Shown: in pieces, positions 52,505-64,000 of the stretch
How positions within the stretch are numbered: position 1 is the stretch's first letter
Layout: each line of letters begins with the position of its first letter
Assembly: GCA_965285935.1 (NCBI GenBank)
Contig: OZ260661.1
Span: 124,496,001-124,560,000 of the forward strand
Direction of reading: 5' to 3'
Origin: Ophelia neglecta
Lineage: Eukaryota
Length of the DNA stretch: 64,000 bases
Notes under the pieces: model-generated
Database searches by the model: none
What the model was told of the DNA's origin: nothing
Seen by the model: the letters and a program-made list of their open reading frames with translations, nothing else
Translations under genes and position numbers: made by a program

Positions 52505-52919
52505 GTAGGTTGATTTTCAAATTATTATTATTATTTTTCAAATATTTTCAAATGTTTATTTGCTTTCACCATAAATTTTGTCGAAAGTTGTCTCATTGTA
52601 ATGCAGGGTGGTGGATTTTTACTGTTGTCTAAGGGTCCACCTCAGCCTACATTACACAAAGGGTCAACCCCAGCCTACATTACTCAGTGTCCATCTCTGC
52701 CTTCATTACTCTCTTGTCAGTTAATGTGTTTAGGACAAAGATATTGTTGTTTGTGTAATAGGGCGTAGATTAAAAACATCACAAATCATAAAGAACAGTG
52801 TAAAACTATAGAGTTTTTATTTATTTAATGAATATGGAAGTTAGATAATTGAGTATTAGATACATTTAGAGGAAACTAGACACATTGTGTCACAGTATTG
52901 CTTTCTCTTTCACTTTCAG

Positions 52920-52922
52920 TGA
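52920..52922 (+). other. Candidate 3-nt micro-exon (TGA; read in phase 1, so not a stop)
   Basis: ctttctctttcactttcAG|TGA|GTAAGTAAGT: strong polypyrimidine acceptor 3 nt from a perfect donor. Confidence 0.45.
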
Positions 52923-55900
52923 GTAAGTAAGTGTCTGTGTCATTGTGTATTAGAGAGTGGGTGAATAACAGTAGATTTGTAGATCCAAAATGCCAAGGCG
53001 CTATCGGTGCTGAGGAAATGTAGTTTCTACACATCTATCTGGTTACAAGTCACTTCATTTACTTTAAATAAAGTGTTATATTGGCCAGTCAGGGCCAGGT
53101 AGGCAAGACAATACAAGTAGTTTTGTAACTACTCACCTGAGACAGTTTACACTGCCTGAACAATGGTGTATTTTCACAAAAATATTTCAAGACATGAGCA
53201 CTCATTAGTAATGTCTGGGTGCGAATGTGAAACAGCAAGTTATACACAAATAATATGATAATAACCACATTGAAAAGGCTGAATGGAAATATTAATATCC
53301 AACAACAATATCTGGGAAATACTTCTGACATCAATAAAAAATAAACCGTTACAAAGTTTATATTGAGTTATAATCAGTCTATTGGTTTAGTGTGGACATG
53401 TAGGTGTGGAATTGCAAGTTACATATGCTTGAGCTAGAATACTACTAGACATGCATTGTAGAAACATCCATTATTATACTACTGGTAGATATTGACAGCA
53501 ATATAACTACTACAGGATTCACTTTAGTAGTATTTCAAGTCTGGTTCTGTTCACATACTCTGTGCTGGTAACTTAATCTCATGCATGGGGTCATTTCTCT
53601 GAGTACTACTACTACAAAAAGGAAATTATTACTACGTATGCTGTATTATGTGTGTATACTTTGACTAGGAGTTTAGGTTTTGTACTGATTAATTGCCGAT
53701 GCTTCGAGAAGATTAATTTTCACAGGAGTTTTTCTTGAATCACTTCTTAATGAATTTGTAATATAAAATTTAGCTACTGATAAAAAGAGAAAGTTGCTTA
53801 AACTATGCCACCAAAAGTTTTAAATGATGTACTTGGTAGTTTGATATTAATCACATCTTAGTTAGTATGGCAGGGAGAAAATAACTTCCGGTGCATGTAC
53901 GGTGCATGTAGGTCAGATTTACCAGTTTTTCTAGACATGCATCTGGGATTTAAAACATCAGATTGGACTGTTGATTGACAGATATTACTGGTGCAAGCAT
54001 AAGTTGTCTAGGGGAGGCTTCTCTGCCATAACTGGCATTAAAACTAGCACTAAAACTGGCACTAAACAAGAGAAAGCTCTGCCAAGAGGATAGATATGGG
54101 GAATACAACCTGGTTATTTACAGACCGGATGTGCTCGGTTGTGCTCGCCACTTTCTAAGCAAAATCATTCAATTTGTGGATAGTTCTCCACATTAAGATG
54201 AGTTCTGTCACAGACTTCAACTTATAGTGAAACATATGTGATGGGCCATACATAAAATATATCCATGTAGGCAGATAAAATCCAATCATTTAGCACGGGC
54301 TGATAGGCCATGTTAGGACCTTCAAAACCCGAAGACTTTCTGTTAAAGATGGCTTTTCTCCTTTGAAAATAGATGAATTCAGTAACGGAAATTTGCCCTT
54401 GAAGGTCCTTCACAAGCTCATCATGGGATCCTATGTAAAAGTTGTGTACTGTCGGTGGATCTTATGAATTGCATAGCTGCATGAGACTATAGAATCTCTT
54501 TATCACAATGAAATGGGTAGGGAGTTTGATGTACATGTATGAGATGCTGACTAGCTGCTGAGTTGTCTGATATCAGGGGGAGAGTTGTATAGATACTCCT
54601 CAAGACCTGACCATAGCTCGGTTTTCACACCCATGTGGAGAAGTGGGGACTAACTATGCACTTGGCACTGGGTAAACATCATACAAGACCCTCTAATCCT
54701 GTAGACATCCCACACCAGCCCCACTAGCCATCCCTCAGAGCCATGGCCTGTGTCATTCTCTGTTTAAGAGCAGGTTTATTTATATTCATTAATACCAAAG
54801 CTAATTATCCCCATGGGATAACCAGCCTCTAGAAAGGGTACATATATGTTCTTCTAAAGCCAGTAATTTCTTCAGCATCCCACAGCAATGCAGCATCTAA
54901 TACTGTCATTGCCTGGCGAGTCCTAGCAAATATATTTCATATCATGGTGACATTGTTATGTTATGAACTGCAGTTCTAACTGGCTGCATTCCACTGAAAT
55001 CCTCAGGTACAGAAGGTGAATTGACTGGTTTTATATGGACTCATCCACACTTCAGTATTATACAGACATTTGAATTTGTTATCTTTTGTTGCTTGCTGTC
55101 CCCTCTGATTATTTTGTTGGGAGTTACTCCCCTCACCAGAGGCATGTGCTCAGTAGTAAGATGTATGGCAGTTAACATGTGATAAGTCATGGTAAACAAG
55201 TGTTCTGTAGACAAAACTTGTGTTTTACCCTGGGCATATTAAGTAAAACAAAACAGAAGCTCTGGTCAAAGATGCCAAATGACAGTTTCTTGTTTCTGTT
55301 AATTGAGTTAATTTGAGTAAGCAGGTGCTCAAGCTGTCTTTTCCCTAAAATAAGACATTCATCAGGTCAGCAGTTACTAATAGTAATTTACAGCATCCAG
55401 TTTATTTAAACCATCACCTTTTTTAGTTATGATTCTAACATTGTAATTTACACACTGTATGTTGCTGATTATAACAATAATTCAACTAAATTGCACAGCT
55501 AGGATAGTTAGATCATCTATCATCACCAAATGAGATGATTACAAGCGATTAACAAAACAAGAGAATTGTCCCCTTACCATATTTTGTGAGGTGCCAGGAA
55601 GCTCATTGAGATTTTCAATTGGTAATTATTTTATCCAGGAGCATCTTCATGTGAATGTGAAATGTTCACTGGCTTCACAGCGGCTTAGACACAGTTCAAG
55701 AGCACATGTTCTGTGAGGGATTATCCAACCGAGATAAAGACTGATGGTCAACCAGAGTGTAGGTTCTCTTTATTAATTCTCACCAGTGGAGAGTTTTGTC
55801 AGGGCTTTTTTTTCCATGTCTCAGCACACAGACATTTACATCTTCAGACACAGTTTTCACTCCACCAGGTTCTGGTAGTTCAATAACTGCTGCAGTTAAT

Positions 55901-58348
55901 ATAGACAGATATTGTGGGTACCTTTTTAAGGTATTTCAACTGTCATTAACCTAGTTTTTAGTTATTATTTATAATCCACTTGTAGTACAGCTGGGTTACA
56001 GACATATCTCTATATCCAGAGTGTGATTGAGGTGTATTTAGTAACAATGCCATTTTCCCTTCAAGAAGTCCAATTTCACCGTCAGTTTGCAATCCCCCCC
56101 ATATTGTCTGCATTGCAGCTGGGCAAAATCACCCAAATTACCAGCTTTATCTGTTGGCAGTCTTGTTTATCAAATCACCAGTCAAAACCTAAATGTAGGA
56201 GCAGTGTCAGAACATATCAGGAAATCATATATCACCAGTCTGTAGAGTGGCCAGAGTGCCAGCTATTACCTTGTTACTACCTTGATAAAGCTGTGAATTT
56301 AACTCAAATTACCCACAATTACCAGCAGCCTCTCAGGTATTGAATACAAGCCATATTGGACAGGTGATAGTCTGCCTCGGGCTGGTTTCTGATCTGGTTA
56401 GGTGATATAACCATTCTTTGTTAATCATGTTAAGTTTGCAGAGCTGTCTGTCCTACATAGACTTGGGCTGTCTGATTATAGTTCTCCAGTCTCTGGTAGA
56501 ATTATCTCCCATTCAGCTTGGTGTCACCAGTCAAGTTATAAGACATCAGAGATTTCTATGATTTCATAGACCAATTAAAGACATTTCAGACTGGAATTTT
56601 ACATTGGGGGCCCCCTCTGATTGGGAGTCAGTCGCTCCTGAGCCCCTCTGGCCAGAATCTCTAAACATCAAGGGAGCAGGCAGTTTTCCACACCAGATTC
56701 CCTAGTGAGTGTTTTTACATCTCTAGGACTTCCTGGTTACTTTGGTTTCCACACACACGTTTGTGCCTGCTAGCTATAGAAGTAAGTGCAGGCAGTTATC
56801 ATAAACAACAATGTACAAATAGTCCCAGGAGGAGGGTGTATTGGTGATCACCACTCAAACTGGTGTCTAAGTTGTTAGAGGATATGACTTAAAACCTGAC
56901 AAGTTAATTTCAGAATCTGCTGTCAACAGATCTGTGTGGCTATCCCCACAGTGATAGATCAATATCTCTATGGTGATACATCTCTGTCATCTCACTAAAG
57001 TATGTGTCTGTCACTTACTGAGTGAAAGCCTAATTTTCCACCTGACCTGGAATTGACTGGATCCATACCAAACACATTGAAAACAGCTCTATATCCCTCC
57101 CCTTGACATACTCCCCAGGTCCCAGAGGAATGAGCCCATAGACACTCCCTCCTATCTCCCCACCACCATCAGTTAGCACTAGGTTTGCAAGCACAAGGCA
57201 TTGGCCCAATGTTGGGCCAATGGACAGCTCCCTCGGCTAGGTTTGATTTATATTTTCATTTGAGGTGGCGGGGCAGGATTTGTTTGAGGTGGAGGGGCAG
57301 GATGCTCATAGTGGGGGGTGGAGGGGTGGGGCTTCAATCTAAATGATCTGCATGATACAATTCTCAGTTGTAATGAAGAATTTAAAAAAAAAAGTTGTTG
57401 GTGTGCCCCTTTATTTATTTGGTGAAATGGCCGGGCTGACTCCTGTGAAGTGTGATCAATGACAGGAGTCCCGGTGTCAGAGAGCACATGGTCTAAGACT
57501 TAACTGGCACTGTCTACGGCTTTGTCCTGGGGTCACATGGGGTCACCTCAGTTTACAGGGGTCTATCTCCCCCATGCTACTAGTCAGATAGATCTCCCTG
57601 CTCAGATCTACAAGTGGTACTTGACTCTTGACAAGCAGAATCAAAATGGCAACACTTTTCAAAAATTGCTCTGAAATCTTGTTGCTACTTAATTAATGAC
57701 TGTAAATACTTGTAAGAACTGAAAAAACAAACCAAAGCAGAACTAGTGATACTTTCAGTGCAGGAGTAACCAACGATATATTTATGAAGAATAATTCAAA
57801 GTAATTGATACTTAAATCTTAAGTAGACTGGCTTATTCAACTGGGTACTGTTTACAGTGGCTCACCCAGATTCTGAGACCAGGACTTAGGACAAAACAAA
57901 TGATCATTTGACAGAGATGAGGGCAGTTCCTCTGTTAATAGGTATTACTGGTATTCATTGATGTGGTGAAGTGGATGGGCAGTAAACCTGGAGGGATCTC
58001 CCATAAAACTGTCATGGACACTGTCTATTGAACTCAGGCCATTTGTTCATCCTACGACAAGCAGAACTAGACTTTTAGTTCTGAGCCACACACAGTATTC
58101 CAGTTAATTTGTTATTGTTTAAGAATAAGGAAACATCCAGCCATCTGTTTAACATCTGTCTGGTCATTCCTATAATAAAGTAATTGGTAATGGTTGGGGT
58201 TGTTATATGGTCTTATATCCATATCTGACACTCATTAACAAGCCATATTGGTTTACTAAGGCACTACATAAATATGTACATCTCTCCCTGTAGACAGAGG
58301 GCCTCATTAAGTTTACTAAACTAAAAAGGCACTGTTTGTGTGTTTTAG

Positions 58349-58375
58349 CCGTTCTCTGCCAGCACCTCCACCCCT
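58349..58375 (+). other. Candidate 27-nt micro-exon
   Basis: ctgtttgtgtgttttAG|CCGTTCTCTGCCAGCACCTCCACCCCT|GTAAGT; length divisible by 3; open in all frames. Confidence 0.4.
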
Positions 58376-59023
58376 GTAAGTAGTAAGAGGGGTATAGAGA
58401 GACATCCTGGATGCAATGGCTGAGCCGTGAGGGCCATGAGGCAGTTAGGGCCCATCACTAAATGTGGTGGCATGCTCCGTGTCTGCATTTGGCATGCCCT
58501 GTGTGCATTCACTCTGGTGTGAGCAAGCAAGACAAACACACTGCTAGGGGGATAGGGGCAGGACTGTCTCAACGGTGGAAGATAGAGCATTGCAAAACAG
58601 ACCTCCTCCGTAGATAACCAGAGAAAAACACAAATCACTTCCAGAGACTGATGGATAACTAGCATGTATAACAGATTTTATAGACAGAAATCTGGGCTAA
58701 TTTATGCTCACCTTTGATAAAGTGTGACTGGTGTAAAATTCAGAGAGTCATAGAAAATTAAATTGATGAAGGCTGCACTTTTCGTCAATTTAAAAAGCTA
58801 CACAACTTGTTTGACTGATGAGCTGCTATTTGTGCCAATTTGTGATTCACACTAATTTGAATATGGAGAGTGCGTCTGCTAACCAGCAGACTGTAAACTT
58901 TTATCAATTTTATGACCACTCATATTGTGTCCTGTGTGTTTTCTTCCTATGAATATGGTTTTTTTGCTGGATATCTGTATTTTGTTGGATGCATTATAGG
59001 TTGTGAATTGTTTAGATTTCAAA

Positions 59024-59090
59024 ATGGATACAGGCAAGGGAGTATACCTGGTTGTGATATGTATAGCCCTAGGACTGATCCACCCCGCTG
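59024..59090 (+). CDS. First coding exon (leader B) of a secreted or membrane protein: MDTGKGVYLVVICIALGLIHPA, phase-1 donor; exon probably 59000-59090
   Basis: Start context tcaaaATGG, hydrophobic core VYLVVICIALGLI, donor CTG|GTAAGT at 59091, acceptor gcattatAG at 58999. Similar to leader A at DNA and protein level. This frame is not in the supplied ORF track. Confidence 0.7.
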
Positions 59091-62000
59091 GTAAGTGGAA
59101 AATACATAGCACTTATTACAATCAATGTATCAGCCGAATTCTAAGGCCGCCTGTCACATGACATGAAAAATGGACACTTTTAGGAGACCCCGCGCTATGC
59201 TTATGAATTGTAGCTCATCCAAATACTTTTGACCCCTGTGTTTAAATTGAAAGTTAGAATTTAATACTGCAAGGCAATCTCAGCTATGCTTTGTTCTTGA
59301 TGACGTTGATTGAAAGGACATCTGGTTAAATCATCTGTGGCACCAATCATATATAGAGACAACTGGAAACAATAAGGAAAAGTCACTTTGATGGATTGCC
59401 TCAGCATTGCTTAGATATTAATTTGGTGTAATTACCCAAAGCTTGATTAATAAATGGATATTGTAGTGTGTTAGTTGGGACAATTCCTCCACAAGGTGGC
59501 CCCTTTCCTTTGAGGTGAATGTTAGAAAAAGTGGTCCTGACAGCCTTTAACCTTTAACCTAACCCCTGGAGTACATACAAGCTAGTTTAATACCCTAGTA
59601 CACGTGTGAAGGTGTCCAGCCATAGGGGTATGGGGTCTTGACAACCGCTGAAGGGAGGCGGCCATATTCTTTTCATCTGAAGATGATCAGAGGTACCATC
59701 CATACCCCAGCTCCATATTAAACCATGGTCCATTGTATTTTCCATATGACCAACTTTAAAATTGAAATGTTTTATAACTGTATTATATCAAGTCTATTAT
59801 AACAATAAAGCTTATGACCCAAATTTCAGCTTGTAGACAATAGCTGTGAAGTTTCCTGCTGTCCATAGATTCTGTACAGTTATAGTTTCCTGTCAACATC
59901 TGGGTATTTTGTCTGGCTTGAAGAGAAGGGAGAACTCATAAAAATGCCAATCTGTTTTTCCAGCTTGCCAGTTTTTTCCATGCTGTATTTTTCACCATAC
60001 AGTATATTTTGGTCTCAAAATTCTGGACTCTGCACCATGCTGAAGGGCTGTCTTTTTACAAGTCTGACTTTGTTGATTGGCTTATCGGTTGGTTCTAAAA
60101 TAGACTACAGCTCTCTTGAGTATGTCAGTTAATTCTTGAGATGATGTCTACAAGGATGCACTCATATATCATCACCTGTTTCAGATCTATTTTCGAAAGC
60201 TTCACATGTTAGTTACCATACAATAAGGTGTGATCTTTGAAATAGTCTACTCCTTTTCCAAGCTGATTTGATAGTTTGATATACAAACAAGATTTGATCA
60301 GATTTGTTACAGTTCTGTTAATATGTATCTCTCCCTCCTTTGCCGTTTTATATAAAAGTTTTGGGAGCATGATTTTGACGCTTTAAACTCAGCTGAGGAG
60401 GGGAGGGTTGGTATTAATAGACAGCGGGCTTACCCCAAAGAAGGGGAAGATTAATAGTGTTTTATACCATATAAAAGGCTCAACTAGTTTCATTATCTCA
60501 TGCTGCATATTGACTGATGTGGGGACAAGGCATTTATTACACCTGAAAGATGGTGGAGGTAGACAGAACTGCCCCCTTGTCTGTACCCCTCAGGAGGATA
60601 TTCATATCCCACAACACGGTGTCCCATCCCCCAAAGGAGACAAAGTTATTTTTGAATAATATTCCCCTCTTCCCACAAAGATTGCTCAAGGGTTTTTCTG
60701 ATCTATACATGCTATGATTTAGAAATGATGGATGAAATTCACCCTCCTCTGTGGAGTCATCAAACCCTTGGTGGTACCTGAAATCTAGGAAATGCTGTCT
60801 TAGACATTTGTTAAGAGTTTGGTCCCATAACCTCTTGGTAATATTATGCAGGATTTTTATAAATTTTATAAATTTGCATTAGGCATGAATCCAATGTCTT
60901 ACATATCAGAAGTACTAGAATCTCTGGAGCAAACACACAGACCTCATCAACTGTGTAACATGCAGAGTAGTGTGACAGGTTCTGGTGATAATCTGTCAAG
61001 TGACAACTGTTGTTTTGTCAGGTAAGTGATGAATTGGGACAAAAAGTGACACCAAAATGGTTAAGGTAAAGTTGTCAGTTAGTCTGTTGCAGGGTTTTTG
61101 CACTACAGAGTGACCAGTGTTTATAGGATACTGTTACTGTACCCTTGAACCACAATTACCACATGAGCCTTGGTGTCACAGTGAGACTTACCAGGGCCAG
61201 CCAGTCTCCCACCCCACTTTTAAAGACATGTGTACAAGGCTGGGCAGGGTGACATGGCTACTTGTTAAAACACCCAGGCCAATATATCATACTTGATATA
61301 CAGTGATAATGTCAGCTAATATCTCTGCCACCCTCAGGATGGCCAGGGCCTCACAACTTGATTTGTTTTGTTCATAAATAGATCATGAGCTGGGTCTTAA
61401 TTCCCACTGAATACTGATGGGACTGCAGCATGAAAATAATTAAGATATTGCTATTTTGTTATGAGAATCAATTTATTCAAATATGACTACTTGTTTTTTG
61501 TGCTCAAAATCACCAGATATAATAATTATTTTCATGTCAGCGGGGTCTATTTTTTGCTAGTTTGTCCAGTTGAATTTATACTTGTATGTTACCATCAACT
61601 AGAGGTACATGTACATGGCACTGGCAGGTACAGGCGGATAAAGGAAATAGAATAATAATAATAATAGTAATAATAATCCTTGCTGGTTGGCATTTTAATC
61701 TCAAAGTACTACAACAAGATTATGACAATATAACAAGAACTGAAAGGGTCAGTAGCTTATAACTCAGCAAGCAGGCCCTGTTAAGATTGAGCAGGCCCTG
61801 AAATTTGGCATAAAAATGAGCTGCTAAAATATTTACTGGCCCGCAAGACCTGGAGGGTAATTTCTAATAGGCCCACCTCTAAAACAAAAGGCTCCGGGTT
61901 GTTTCTTTCCTTGGAGAGGGTCATAAGTCCCCCACAGGTTACGACATAAAGGGTCATAGGGCATAGCCCCGTATCTCCTCCCCTCTAGGAGGGGACTCTC

Positions 62001-63899
62001 TTCCCACAATCTTCCTTTTAAAGCTGACCCCTTCCCCTCCCCCCTCCCCCCCGCCCCCCATTTTCCAGAATCTTAGGCCTGCTTCAGCCAGGATCAGTTC
62101 CTCTAGATGTCTGCGTGAGGTTGATGAAGTGTGGTCCACTTAGACTGTATAGTTTAGAGGTGTTAAACAAAGATCAGTGTAGACACAAGGTATATATAAT
62201 ACAGTCCCTGTGAACAGAACCAGACATGTGTATTAGAGCTAACCACAGCTAACAGTGGTTGTGTCTAGATTTCTTCTATTTAGATTCAATCAGGTTGCCT
62301 CAGTTTCCCCAATTAGATCTTGTAGACAGCAGCTGATGGTCAAGTCTGTACACTGTCTACACAGCTGACCCTGGGCTTGTGTCTCCATCTACATAGCTCA
62401 TCCTGGGGTTGGGATTATGTTAATATGCTACTGGTCAGGAGGTCAGAGGTAGTTAATATACATGTATATTTTTATATAACTGAATAAACAATATTATGGA
62501 CTTGATAAAAACAGACCAAAATAAACTGAATTGAATTGAATTAATGTCACCTTAGCAGTCTATTGCTATGACAACACTTGTGATGACTTTTCTATGTTTA
62601 TGAGCTGATGACAGAAGTATGTTTCAGATGTTGGGGAACTTACAACACATTCCCTTCAGCCACTTAAAATCCACAGTTGTCCACTGTTATCAGATTCTTT
62701 AATTATTATTGAAATTACCCACAAACAAATTGTAACAAACGCTTGAATTTATTTGTAATCTTCACAAGGTCTTGTGTCAGCATACATCTACTATATAAAG
62801 AAGTAGAAGGGGGGAAATAATAAGTTCCAAACTATTTTAAATGTGCTATAACTTGCAAAGTTTTTTTAGTTTAGAAAGAAATGAGACCATATTCTGAATG
62901 TAGAAAAGTTAGAACGATTAAAAATCTACACAAATTTACACAAGTGAAAATGGTAACAACACAAAGCCTTATTTCATAGAAAGAACTTGTTATGGCCAGG
63001 GATATTGTATGAGTGGGATATCCAAGCCAGGTATATTTAGCACCTACTTATCCATTTTGAGATTGATGTGATGGCACTTAGGCCAAACATTACAAGACAA
63101 CCATTCACCAGCCTCTTTCAATATTGAAAACTTCTGTTTTAATCATTGATTGTGGAGTGAAAGTCAACGTAATCGCTGCTATTTTAACTCTTTGTCAATA
63201 AGATACTAACCGGCTACCCAAATATGCTATTCTGATGAATGTGCACTTCAGATTTTTTGAAATATTGTGATTTAAAGTAACGCAGAAACAATTCAGGCAT
63301 TTCTCCCCTGTCAGTATATACATAGATAAGTATTGACAAAAGACCCTGTGGTAATCTTTGGTCTTATAAAATATAAATTTAACTAAACTGAATACTGAAA
63401 AGAAAAAAGATAGTATAGGTTGAATGAAAACACATATGATCTATAACACCAAACAAATACGATTACTGATTTGAAAGAAGTAAATTGATAAAAAAAATTA
63501 GCTATAAATGTGTTGTAATAGAAATATGATAAAAAAAAGATGGTTATGTAATATATCATAAGAGGGCTTAATAGAAAGCTTTATTCCTGAGATCATTCAT
63601 GCTTTGTTGGTCTCTTTTTTACTATCTTGTATTATTTTCTTGTAGTCCCAGTATTGAGATGCTAGTCCTTTACACTTTCTGCTGACGTATTTGTGTTATT
63701 TTAATGCCAGTTTTAATGAAAAACTTTCACAACTGCAGCTTGTAATGTATGCTTAATGAATGTGCCTCTATTCTGATGTAACATATTCCGCTATGTTCGG
63801 GAACAATAATTTGATTTATGTTTAAAACAATCTCACTGCTGGTTTGATGTTGATTTTGAGTAGTACATATATAAAGTTAAGGGTTGTTATTCTTTTCAG

Positions 63900-63938
63900 T
63901 TTACTACTGGGAACACTTTCTAACCAGCTATAAACCTG
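63900..63938 (+). CDS. Candidate 39-nt symmetric phase-1 exon (VYYWEHFLTSYKP)
   Basis: ttgttattcttttcAG acceptor and CTG|GTAATT donor. Only the phase-1 frame is open, matching the phase of both leader exons. Confidence 0.3.
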
Positions 63939-64000
63939 GTAATTCTAACTAGACTGCGCCTTTATTATTTACAGCTGATTAATTTCACTAATATATATTA

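Noticed and set aside
56023-56343. 106-aa ORF as the second exon of leader A
   Set aside because: A phase-compatible AG exists but is weak (AAG), and the peptide has no recognisable domain or convincing composition

Overview
Eukaryotic (animal, invertebrate-type; probably lophotrochozoan/mollusc, inferred from repeat style and composition) genomic DNA. It is AT-rich and visibly CpG-depleted, with scattered CpG-retaining patches. I found no prokaryotic genes, CRISPR array, rRNA or tRNA. Almost all ORFs in the supplied track look like noise or repeat read-through. The window is mostly intron/intergenic sequence. It carries a complete Helentron-associated (HINE/DINE-1-like) element (3.3-4.5 kb), three MITEs with clear terminal inverted repeats (23.6, 41.9 and 44.9 kb; the last sits inside a satellite) and several tandem arrays (22-, 53-, 35-, 31-, 51- and 69-bp units). 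The best gene evidence is on the + strand near the right end. Two mutually similar exons (CDS 52420-52504 and 59024-59090) each have a strong caaaATGG start, encode a signal peptide and end at a phase-1 donor. They look like duplicated alternative leader exons of a secreted or membrane protein whose body is not identifiable in this window. Also present are candidate frame-preserving micro-exons (3, 27, 33, 39, 51 nt), candidate recursive-splicing AG|GT sites, candidate short alternative first exons at CpG patches and a cluster of RFX X-boxes. These splice-level calls are hypotheses read by eye and need RNA-seq.
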